Of a DNA stretch of 53,753 nucleotides, positions 10,579 to 19,173 are shown piece after piece; position 1 is the first letter of the stretch, and every line of letters begins with the position of its first letter. The stretch lies in assembly GCA_050287845.1 (NCBI GenBank), contig JBNKCR010000032.1:1-53753 (forward strand), in the 5' to 3' direction. The notes beneath the pieces are model-generated. The model did no database searches, was not told where the DNA came from, and saw nothing but the letters and a program-made list of their open reading frames with translations. The translations under genes and the position numbers were made by a program. This DNA is from Polyangia bacterium (GTDB taxonomy: Bacteria > Myxococcota_A > Polyangia > JAAYKL01).

Positions 10579-10608
10579 AAAACCTAATAATTTCAACTAA
10601 TTGTATTG

Positions 10609-10624
10609 TGGCACAGCCTTTGCA
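10609..10624 (+). promoter_or_regulatory. Sigma54 (-24/-12) promoter
   Basis: TGGCAC-AGCCT-TTGCA is an exact match to TGGCAC-N5-TTGCW. It follows an AT-rich tract and lies about 20 bp before the next ORF. Confidence 0.8.
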
Positions 10625-10643
10625 TTTTCTCGGTTGATGGGGA

Positions 10644-11348
10644 GTGACACCAGGGAAAGAGCAACGCTTCATGATTCCAGATGTACGAAGAGATCAGACC
10701 AGGCCACCACGGAACACGGGAACCGACTCATCCGCGGAAACGTATTCGGGGATATGCAGAACTTCGTATACGGACTTTTTCGAACGCATCAATGAACGCA
10801 TTGATGCCCGGGAACTTGCGGCCGCCCAGCGATTGCTGCGATTTGTGCACAATCTGTATCCGGACAATGAATTCATCAGAGAACAGATCATATTTACCGC
10901 AGAAGCTCTGGGGGATTGGGAGATGGTCAACGACACGCTTTTAACATTGCTTGAAGAAGCGGATGAAACCGAAGAGATTGGCGACCTGGTATTTCATTCC
11001 GTACGACTGATGGTGACAAAACTGGACCGCGCCCGGGATGCCATTACCCTGATTGGAAATCATCTGAATGCATACATCCGGCAACCCGGGTGTATTGACT
11101 GGACCCAAAAACATCTCGCCGATGGTCCATATCGCGAACAGCTGATTCATATTGTCGAATCCGCGATGTCGACCCCCCTTCAACCCGAAGACCGTATGTA
11201 TCTCTGCAATGCATTGGGCAGCTGGTACGCCACGAGGGCCGGGGATCGGGAGCGTGCATCGGAGTGGTACCGCAGCAGTCTTCGAATTCAACCGGGGAAT
11301 CCAGAGGCCATCGATGGACTCATCTCAATTCACGGGTCGCATCGGTAG
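10644..11348 (+). CDS. Helical / TPR-like protein
   Basis: LGSWYA..GDRERASEWYRSSLRIQPGNPEA is a TPR pattern. Alternative ATG at 10671. Confidence 0.6.
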   Translation: MTPGKEQRFMIPDVRRDQTRPPRNTGTDSSAETYSGICRTSYTDFFERINERIDARELAAAQRLLRFVHNLYPDNEFIREQIIFTAEALGDWEMVNDTLLTLLEEADETEEIGDLVFHSVRLMVTKLDRARDAITLIGNHLNAYIRQPGCIDWTQKHLADGPYREQLIHIVESAMSTPLQPEDRMYLCNALGSWYATRAGDRERASEWYRSSLRIQPGNPEAIDGLISIHGSHR

Positions 11349-11407
11349 TCCGCCGAACGACGGGACGGGAAGCATCGGGCACAGGCGGTGGGACCGGTAA
11401 AGGGTGC

Positions 11408-12562
11408 TCAGCCGGAAAATGGGGAGAGTTCGCGCAGCCGGGCAACGATGGGAGGCATTTCTCTGAGAATGGTATCCACATCTTCTTCGGTATTGTAGCG
11501 GCCAAGGGAGAACCGGAGGGAACCATGGGCGTACGTGAAGGGAATGCCCATGGCACGCAGTACATGTGAAGGCTCCAGCGTCCCGGATGTACAGGCGGAA
11601 CCGCTGGACGCACAGATACCTTTCTGGTCGAGCATCAGCAGCAGCGCTTCGCCTTCCACATTCTTGAAACTCATATTGCTGGTTCCAGGCAGCCGCAGCT
11701 CCGTCCTGCCATTCACCCGCGATAGAGGTATCTGCAGCAGGCCGGCTTCCAGCCTGTCCCGCATCGCCTTCACCCGGGTCTGTTCCTCCTGGAGGCGCGC
11801 CATGGCCAGTTCCGCCGCCTTTCCCATTGCCACAATGCCGGGAACATTCTCGGTGCCACCGCGGCGTCCCCGCTCCTGGTGCCCACCCACGATAAACGGT
11901 CGAAATCGGCATCCCCTGCGGATGAACAGCGCGCCGATTCCCTTGGGACCGTGAATTTTATGTCCGGAGACACTCAGCAAATCGATATGCCCCTCCGAGA
12001 GATCAACTGGAATTTTCCCCATGGCCTGCACCGCATCAGTATGAAAAAGCGCGCCGAATTCATGGGCAATCCCGCCGGCTTCCTCCACCGGAAACAGTAC
12101 GCCGGTTTCGTTGTTGGCCGCCATCAGACTGACTACTGCCACGTCCTCATCCATGGCATCCCGAAGGTCGTCGGTATCCAGGTGACCATGCCGGTCCACC
12201 GGCAAATATCGCACGGTGTATCCTTCTCTTTCCAGATTGCGACACAGATTGAGCACCGCCGGATGTTCCACCCGCGAAGTGATCACTTTGCGCCTCCCTT
12301 TTCGGGACGCCAGGGCAGAGCGGATGGCGGTATTGTCGGACTCCGTTCCGCCACTGGTAAAAATAATCTCCGAAGGCTGAGATGCCCCGAGACAGGCCGC
12401 CACTTTCTCCCGGGCGCTGTCGATGGCTTTTTCCACGTCGCCCCCCAACTGGTGCATGCTCGATGGATTTCCCCATTTTTCCCGGAGAAATACAGTCATC
12501 TCGTCAATTACCTCATCGGCCACCCGGGTGGTGGCATTGTTGTCCGCGTAAACAATTTTCAT
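11408..12562 (-). CDS. nifS: Cysteine desulfurase NifS
   Basis: YADNNATT, FTSGGTES, HTDAVQ, SGHKIHGPKG and SSGSACTS motifs. Translationally coupled to nifU. Confidence 0.95.
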   Translation of the reverse strand: MKIVYADNNATTRVADEVIDEMTVFLREKWGNPSSMHQLGGDVEKAIDSAREKVAACLGASQPSEIIFTSGGTESDNTAIRSALASRKGRRKVITSRVEHPAVLNLCRNLEREGYTVRYLPVDRHGHLDTDDLRDAMDEDVAVVSLMAANNETGVLFPVEEAGGIAHEFGALFHTDAVQAMGKIPVDLSEGHIDLLSVSGHKIHGPKGIGALFIRRGCRFRPFIVGGHQERGRRGGTENVPGIVAMGKAAELAMARLQEEQTRVKAMRDRLEAGLLQIPLSRVNGRTELRLPGTSNMSFKNVEGEALLLMLDQKGICASSGSACTSGTLEPSHVLRAMGIPFTYAHGSLRFSLGRYNTEEDVDTILREMPPIVARLRELSPFSG

Positions 12563-13419
12563 TACTCCTCCTCCACCACGACGACTTTGATTTCCGGATC
12601 GACCACTTCTTTCAGTTTTTCCTCAATCCATGCCGAGGTGAAGCCTGCCGCACGACATCCGGAACACTGGCCAATCATCCGGATGGACACCCGGGGGCCA
12701 TCAATGTCAATCAGATCCAACCCTCCGTTATCCTTTTCGAGTTCCGGGCGAATCTCGTTGTCAATGATCTCCTGAATCAGAGAAATTCGCTCCAGATTCG
12801 TCAGTTTCTTTCCCCGGGCAGCCTGTGGTTTGGGACGGACAGCCTTTTCGTTCAGATATTCTTCGATAATCGTTTCAATTTCATCGATACAGGCGCCACA
12901 GCCACCACCGGCCTTGGTGTAATTGGTCACCTCCTCCAGTGTAGTCAAATGATCTTCCTCAATGACCTTTCGAATCTTGCTTTCGGTAATTCCGAAACAA
13001 TTGCAGATGATGCGTCCTTCGTCCTCTTCATCGTGGTTGACCTTTTCGCCGCGATAGTCGGCAATGGCTGCTTCCAGCGCCTCCCGACCCATCACCGAGC
13101 AATGCATTTTCTCGGCGGGCAACCCCCCAAGGGCATCGGCGATTTCCCGGTTGGTGATTTTCAGCGCTTCATCCAGGGTTTTTCCTTTCACCATTTCCGT
13201 GAGCATGGACGAGGACGCAATGGCGCTGCCGCAACCGAACGTTTTGAATTTGGCATCCTGGATGGTGTCGGTCTCCCTGTCCACCCGGATAGTCAGACTG
13301 AGCGCGTCCCCACAGGCGATGGACCCCACATCCCCGGTACCGTCCGCATTTTCGATTTTTCCGACATTTTTGGGTTCAAAGAAGTGTTTTTTGACCAACT
13401 CAGTATAATTCCAGACCAT
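12562..13419 (-). CDS. nifU: Fe-S cluster assembly protein NifU (IscU + BFD-like + Nfu domains)
   Basis: GSIACGD, FKTFGCGSA, LPAEKMHC, CNCFG..GGGCGAC and GQCSGC motifs. Confidence 0.95.
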   Translation of the reverse strand: MVWNYTELVKKHFFEPKNVGKIENADGTGDVGSIACGDALSLTIRVDRETDTIQDAKFKTFGCGSAIASSSMLTEMVKGKTLDEALKITNREIADALGGLPAEKMHCSVMGREALEAAIADYRGEKVNHDEEDEGRIICNCFGITESKIRKVIEEDHLTTLEEVTNYTKAGGGCGACIDEIETIIEEYLNEKAVRPKPQAARGKKLTNLERISLIQEIIDNEIRPELEKDNGGLDLIDIDGPRVSIRMIGQCSGCRAAGFTSAWIEEKLKEVVDPEIKVVVVEEE

Positions 13420-13656
13420 TTGTCCTCCTCACGAATTTCAGGCTGTGCGATGATGGATGTATTGAAACTCATAAAATCTAAAAAGAGGTATAACCACTCC
13501 GGAAAATATGGCCATTAAAAAAAGTGGCGCTTCGCCATATATTGTTAGATTTCAATGGGTTTTGTACATTGACGTACTTTCTCGAATTTGCTTTGACTAA
13601 TCCGCTGTTTTCAGCGCAACATAACGGGAAGAGACCAAGAACATCCTGGAACATGA

Positions 13657-14784
13657 ATGATTGAGCGACGTCCACTAATCACCACCATTTTTATAACTAC
13701 CCTGCTCGCATGGACCTGCTATCCTGTCCATCCGGCTCTGGGCCAGGTGTCGTCGGACCACAGAATCACCACCGTTGCCGGCCAACTGCCCCGGGTCATG
13801 CTGCTGGTTTTCGAAGACACCCGCAATGAAGAGGTGCTCGGCATCGTTGAAACGCTGCAGCTTCGGATGTTCGATGTGGATGTCAAATTCGGCATCAAAT
13901 GGATAAAACCGTCCACCGACGACCTGGATGTCCAGGTTGCCGCTGCCCGCTCCATTCTGGCAGAGGAGCATATTCAGCTGACCATCTTCTGGAACGGGTC
14001 AAAGCGGGACACCCTTTATTATCTGATGAATGACACGGATGAGCCGATGCAGAGACCCATCCGCGATGTGGGCAGTGAGAGTCGTCCCGAAGCCATTGCC
14101 ATCATGGTGCAGACCGCGGTGGAGTCCATTCTCGATACCCGAAAACTGGAGGATTCAACGGACGAACCCGTGGTTATTGCCCCGGAATCGGTCCCCCCGT
14201 CTGCACAGCGCATCATCGCAGTGCGCCCTCCCCGGAGGCGATCCTATACCGGAGGGCGGTTTCCGGATATGTACATGCAGCTCGGATACGAGATGAATGC
14301 TGTCAACGGCACACCGACCATTTTACACGGCGGCAACATCCGACTCGGTATTCAGCCGGTTCCCCGGTTGCGCGGATTTCTCGGATTTGGCGCCGTATCA
14401 CGACGAACGAGCCAGGAGATGGGATTTGAAGTGAAGCAGCTCCGATTCCCCATTGAGCTGGGCCTCCTCAGTCGATTCCGTCACGGTGATCTCGCTTTCA
14501 GCGGCGGGATGTCGTTTCTTCTGGTGTCACTGAAAAACACACCGGCAACTCAGAACGCTTCAGCAGAATTGAAATCAAGCTACTGGGCCAGCGGTCTGAT
14601 GCTTCGATTTTTTCTGGAATGCAGCTACCGACTCCATGAAAAGATAGAACTTTTCGTAAATGTGCATCTATTGATGGATCTGAACAAAGTGACATATCAA
14701 GTTCAGAATGGACCCGTACTTTTTGACGAGTATAATCGACTCTGGCCCGGATTACAGGCGGGGATCACCTTTTTGCTATTTTGA
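13657..14784 (+). CDS. Exported protein, probable C-terminal outer-membrane beta-barrel
   Basis: Signal peptide, Pro-rich linker, alternating beta strands and terminal Phe. First gene of an operon with an ECF sigma factor. Confidence 0.6.
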   Translation: MIERRPLITTIFITTLLAWTCYPVHPALGQVSSDHRITTVAGQLPRVMLLVFEDTRNEEVLGIVETLQLRMFDVDVKFGIKWIKPSTDDLDVQVAAARSILAEEHIQLTIFWNGSKRDTLYYLMNDTDEPMQRPIRDVGSESRPEAIAIMVQTAVESILDTRKLEDSTDEPVVIAPESVPPSAQRIIAVRPPRRRSYTGGRFPDMYMQLGYEMNAVNGTPTILHGGNIRLGIQPVPRLRGFLGFGAVSRRTSQEMGFEVKQLRFPIELGLLSRFRHGDLAFSGGMSFLLVSLKNTPATQNASAELKSSYWASGLMLRFFLECSYRLHEKIELFVNVHLLMDLNKVTYQVQNGPVLFDEYNRLWPGLQAGITFLLF

Positions 14785-14820
14785 TCCACCGCTTTTATCC
14801 GCAAAAAGTACTATGGAAAT

Positions 14821-15444
14821 ATGAGACTGTTGAAAAAATACACCACATCACCGATGACGGATCCATCGCTTTCTCAGAGCGAAAAAGAGTCGTACCTTGC
14901 CACTGGAGCAGCCCAGGGGGATCGCGAAGCACAGCGGCTATTGGTGAATGAAGTATTCGATACAGTTGCCGCGACCGTTTCGTATGCATTGAACTCCAGC
15001 GTGTTTGCGCAGGATGTGGTGCAGGAATCCCTGGTGGAAATATTGAAATCAATGAAGTATTTCCGAGGGGAATGTTCTCTTGCCACCTGGGCGCGTCGCA
15101 TTTCGATGCGCGTTGCCTACCGCAAAATACGCTCGAACCGAAAATATCAGCAGCGGTTGCGATCATACACGCAGGACACCTGCGAGGAAGCCAGAGGCGA
15201 ACACGATCTGATTTCCCGGGAGCTGCAGAATGAAATTAATTCGGCCATTTCATTGTTGCCGATAAAACAACAACAGGTTATCAGGCTGAAATACATTCAT
15301 GAACACAGTATTTCAGAAATTGCACAAATCGTTGAAGCGCCACAGGAAACTGTTAGGGACAGGTTGAAAGTGGGCAAAAGAAAGCTGAAACGAATACTAA
15401 CCAAAAATCCAGTTCTGAAGGACTGGATTGAAAAGGGGGCGTAA
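14821..15444 (+). CDS. ECF-family sigma70 factor
   Basis: AQDVVQESLVEI..FRGECSLATWARRI (region 2) and LP..EIAQIV..ETVRDRL (region 4). Confidence 0.93.
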   Translation: MRLLKKYTTSPMTDPSLSQSEKESYLATGAAQGDREAQRLLVNEVFDTVAATVSYALNSSVFAQDVVQESLVEILKSMKYFRGECSLATWARRISMRVAYRKIRSNRKYQQRLRSYTQDTCEEARGEHDLISRELQNEINSAISLLPIKQQQVIRLKYIHEHSISEIAQIVEAPQETVRDRLKVGKRKLKRILTKNPVLKDWIEKGA

Positions 15445-15445
15445 C

Positions 15446-16837
15446 GTGCTACCGAATCTTAAAAAAAGGGAATTCACAGACGAGCGGTTGGAGGAGCTGC
15501 TGTTGAGTCTGCGTCCCGAGGGGCCGGAGCTGCCGATGCATCCCGAAGTCGACGATCTGAAGCGACGACGGGTGGTCGATGCGGTTCTGGCGCAATGGGA
15601 AGAAAGCACTCTCTCACCCACAGCCCGAGTCGCGCACTCCAAATCCGGACTGACCATTATTGTGGCGGTTGCAGCCGGACTGGTGGCATTGGTCACCGGC
15701 GCATATTTGACCATTACGGCGATGGATTCATCCGCCGGGGACGACATGGCCGTCAGGATGTCGCGGACGTCCGCGGAACTGTCCGGCGATACCCAGTTGG
15801 TTCCCCGGAGCCGATTTTCACTGCTGCACGGTGACGTGACCTGTGGCGACACCGGTGTCAAACTGGGGGGCAGTGTTCCCCTTGGAAAATGGATTCAGAC
15901 CGGAAGGGGACAGAGCGCGTTTGCCCTGCCGACCGGGATTGCCGTTGGCATGGCTGAATACAGTACGGCCAGGGTGTTCTGGAATGGCAATCGCAGGTAT
16001 GATGTGGAAGTCAACCAGGGGATGGCGCTGTTCTCCGTGGATCCCACTCAATCCAGAGAAGGCTTTTTCGTTCGAACGCCAAACGGGGTGATTCGGGTCA
16101 CCGGCACGCTGTTTTCGGTTGCAGTTCGGGATGGGGAAGATGTGGATGTATACGTTCATCGGGGTAAGGTGGAAATTCAGGCGCCCAATCAACCCATCGC
16201 CTATGCAGGCACCGGCCAGACCGCGAGCCTGAAGCGAAATTCAGTGAGTGTTGTGCCTTCTGCGGATTCCCTCAACGAAATCAGTCCGTTATACCAGCTG
16301 GGTTGTTTCGACGGCGGACAGACCTTCAGCGAGTTGACAGAAAACGAATGCGACCGAAAAGTCCGCAAACCATCTACCCGAAGTAAATCCGCAGCCAGTG
16401 CGACCCATGGGGCCGGCGGTTCGGCGAAATGGCGGAAATCCCCATCGGTGTCACCATTGAACGGTCTGGCGCAGTTGCTCGAATCAGTGACCCGGGCCCG
16501 CCGGGAAAACGACTGGGTTGAAGTGGCATCCATTTACCGGCGAATACTTCGCGATTATCCGGGAACCCCCGACAGTCGGACTGCACTGGTCAGCCTGGCG
16601 CAGGTGGAAAGCAATCGTCTGAATATCCCCGAGGCGGCCCTCCGACATTTTAACAACTACCTGCGCACCCCCGGCACCCTGGAGCCCGAAGCCCTGTATG
16701 GCAAGGCAAAAGTGTATCGACAACTCAACAGCGGCGCCGATGAAAAACGAACCCTCCAGAAACTCATTTCCAAATATCCCGGCGGTCCGCTCTCACTGGC
16801 TGCCGAAAAAAGGTTGCGCGAACTTTCTGACCTCTGA
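15446..16837 (+). CDS. FecR-type membrane anti-sigma factor with C-terminal TPR
   Basis: TM helix, FFVRTPNGVIRVTGTLFSV (FecR) and C-terminal TPR (EALYGKA..YPGGP). Start GTG 15446 or TTG 15428. Confidence 0.85.
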   Translation: MLPNLKKREFTDERLEELLLSLRPEGPELPMHPEVDDLKRRRVVDAVLAQWEESTLSPTARVAHSKSGLTIIVAVAAGLVALVTGAYLTITAMDSSAGDDMAVRMSRTSAELSGDTQLVPRSRFSLLHGDVTCGDTGVKLGGSVPLGKWIQTGRGQSAFALPTGIAVGMAEYSTARVFWNGNRRYDVEVNQGMALFSVDPTQSREGFFVRTPNGVIRVTGTLFSVAVRDGEDVDVYVHRGKVEIQAPNQPIAYAGTGQTASLKRNSVSVVPSADSLNEISPLYQLGCFDGGQTFSELTENECDRKVRKPSTRSKSAASATHGAGGSAKWRKSPSVSPLNGLAQLLESVTRARRENDWVEVASIYRRILRDYPGTPDSRTALVSLAQVESNRLNIPEAALRHFNNYLRTPGTLEPEALYGKAKVYRQLNSGADEKRTLQKLISKYPGGPLSLAAEKRLRELSDL

Positions 16838-16851
16838 GTGAGAGATTCCGC

Positions 16852-17814
16852 ATGATGTATGATATAACCTTTCCTATGCGCGTGACCATCCGTGAAAATT
16901 TCCGGGGGAATCCATCTTTCATAAAAAGCATTCGTGCCATTTATCTCGGGTGCGTGCTGATGCTCGGTTCGTGTCAGACTGTGGAAAAAATCGGCTATTG
17001 GGACCGGGATAATTCCGAAACAACCGATTCGGCAACCGTGGAACCCGAATCCGATACTCCCGAATCCGACTCTGATACCAGCAAGGAGACCGAGGACACC
17101 ACTGTCCCGTCGGATACGCTGGATACATCGGATACAGGCAGCGAGTCGGCGTCGGAAGATACCGAAGATTCCGAAACTTCCGAAGATTCCGAAACTGCTA
17201 CTGATTCAGATGCCACGCCCACTTATGTCACCGTGCCCTTCAAGCCGCATGAAGATGCTCCCTGGTTTCGATATCCGGTGGATGCGGATGGAAACGAAAT
17301 GGGACTGCCGGGATTATGGATCGCCTATATGGACATGACATCACCAGGTACGATGAATCTTCCCACCCGGGAAGCCAATGGTGATATGTGCTTCGAAGGC
17401 GAGATAGGTACGGATCCATCCGAACAGACATACGCCGGCGTGGGTATCAATCTGTGTCCGGACGAGAAAAATCAGTTTAATTTTTATTCTTTTCAGAATT
17501 GCCCATACACGGAGGCCACCGAAGGCAAGCTGTTCGTTGGGGTTTCTTATTATGTGGAAAGCGAGAAAGTGCCGGAAAATTTTACATTGCGTATATGGCG
17601 ATGGGGAACGCCAATCGCCGTTTTCTCCGATGTCGAAATTGGACCGGATGTACCCCGGGTGTATCTTTTCGAGGCTTTGTCTGATGCGTTCAAAGATAAC
17701 GCGACCACGTCGGATATCACCATGTTGCAGTTTCAGGTGGATGGTTCGCCCACGGACACAGTTGAATTCAATTTCTGCATCCGGGATTTTGCCCTGCTGA
17801 TTGCCGAAGAGTAG
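16852..17814 (+). CDS. Hypothetical lipoprotein with D/T/S/E-rich linker and beta-sandwich-like C-terminus
   Basis: Lipobox LGSC and acidic low-complexity linker. C-terminal FNFCIRDFAL resembles carbohydrate-binding modules. Start uncertain. Confidence 0.6.
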   Translation: MMYDITFPMRVTIRENFRGNPSFIKSIRAIYLGCVLMLGSCQTVEKIGYWDRDNSETTDSATVEPESDTPESDSDTSKETEDTTVPSDTLDTSDTGSESASEDTEDSETSEDSETATDSDATPTYVTVPFKPHEDAPWFRYPVDADGNEMGLPGLWIAYMDMTSPGTMNLPTREANGDMCFEGEIGTDPSEQTYAGVGINLCPDEKNQFNFYSFQNCPYTEATEGKLFVGVSYYVESEKVPENFTLRIWRWGTPIAVFSDVEIGPDVPRVYLFEALSDAFKDNATTSDITMLQFQVDGSPTDTVEFNFCIRDFALLIAEE

Positions 17815-17830
17815 CCGGAAAAAAAGACCA

Positions 17831-19165
17831 TCAATTGCAGGAGATACTGAGTTGAATCGTCGCGGGCGGCTCGCCGATGCCCGCTTCGACCAGAATGGCG
17901 TCGGTGGGTTGCATGACCGGGATGGTCAGTGCGCCAATTGCATTGTCCTGACACGTGGTCGGGTCGCACATGTCGGTCAGATGATGCAACGATACAGATT
18001 GGCCACCATCATCGGTCACCGTCACCGTCACCGATGACGATGCGGAAAGTCCCACTGTCAATGCCAGTTCCTTTCCCCGGACATCAATGGGGGCACACGG
18101 CGACGGATACTGCCAGTACTCGCGGGTGATGAAGTCCGCAGCGGTGAGGGCCACGGTATCCCCGCAGTTCACCGGCAGTGATACATCTGTCACCGGGACA
18201 TCGGCGCAGCTGCCGTCTTCCCGGACACATACCTGGGCAGTGCAGATATTGGGCAATGTGGCATCAAAACAGATGCGATTTTCACCGGCGAAACAGGTGG
18301 ATGCGTCCCCCTGGGAAAAGCAGTATCCGTCCACATAGTCGGGCGTCCGGGGGGACGAGGCGCAGGGGTCATCGACCTTCAGAATGCGGCATGCCTCGCC
18401 GTCGGGGACAGTGTTTCGCTGACATTCAAAATCGTCGGGACGGGTACCCGATGCCACACAGGTGCTGGTCTCACAGGGCGAATCGTCAACACTGCACGGA
18501 TTTTGCGCACCCATACATTCTCCATCCACACAGGCGCCCCGGAGGCAGGCATCCCCCACGGTACACGGGGTACCGTTTTCCACCCACGCTGCAGTATACT
18601 CACAGACTTCCGCTGCATCCGGGGTGCAGGTAGCCACATACGTCACACACTCTCCGGGCAGAGTGGACGTCACGCAGAGGGGCTCGGCACCGGTGCACAC
18701 ACCATTCTGACAGACCCCCTGGCCAAGGCAGGCATCTCCTTCATTGCAGCTGGTGCCGTCTGTTATGGGCACGGCCCGGCATCGATAGGGCTCGGCGTTC
18801 AGATTACAGGAGTCCCGGGTGCATGGGTTGCCGTCATCGCAGTCCAGATTGCGCAGACAGGGCGTATCGCTGAATGGCACGGTATCGGTGTCCCCGGTCG
18901 TCGTATCCGTCTGGAAATCATCGGTGTCGGTGGACGGGACGGCAGAGTCTGACGTGCTGTCAGAAGCGGTGGCGGAATCATCGGTGGAACGGGGATTGTT
19001 GACGCAATCGCCGTGGATGCAGATTCGGTTTCCCCCGCAATCCGAATTGCGGTGACATTTGCTGTCATCATCACAGCTGAGAAGCAAAGGGCCCATCAGG
19101 ACGCATATCCCGACTGAACCGAAAAAAATAAGTGTGTGTTGCCATGCTTTTTTTATTGTCATCAT
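17831..19165 (-). CDS. Cys-rich lipoprotein (CDDGNPCT-type repeats)
   Basis: Lipobox LLSC, DT-rich linker, CDDGNPCTRDSC and DGTSC repeats. Start set at 19165. Confidence 0.75.
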   Translation of the reverse strand: MMTIKKAWQHTLIFFGSVGICVLMGPLLLSCDDDSKCHRNSDCGGNRICIHGDCVNNPRSTDDSATASDSTSDSAVPSTDTDDFQTDTTTGDTDTVPFSDTPCLRNLDCDDGNPCTRDSCNLNAEPYRCRAVPITDGTSCNEGDACLGQGVCQNGVCTGAEPLCVTSTLPGECVTYVATCTPDAAEVCEYTAAWVENGTPCTVGDACLRGACVDGECMGAQNPCSVDDSPCETSTCVASGTRPDDFECQRNTVPDGEACRILKVDDPCASSPRTPDYVDGYCFSQGDASTCFAGENRICFDATLPNICTAQVCVREDGSCADVPVTDVSLPVNCGDTVALTAADFITREYWQYPSPCAPIDVRGKELALTVGLSASSSVTVTVTDDGGQSVSLHHLTDMCDPTTCQDNAIGALTIPVMQPTDAILVEAGIGEPPATIQLSISCN

Positions 19166-19173
19166 TATCTCAC

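Noticed and set aside
13648..13672. ECF-type promoter GGAAC-N16-CGTC
   Set aside because: It overlaps the predicted start codon and signal peptide, and motifs this short are unsupported without TSS data.
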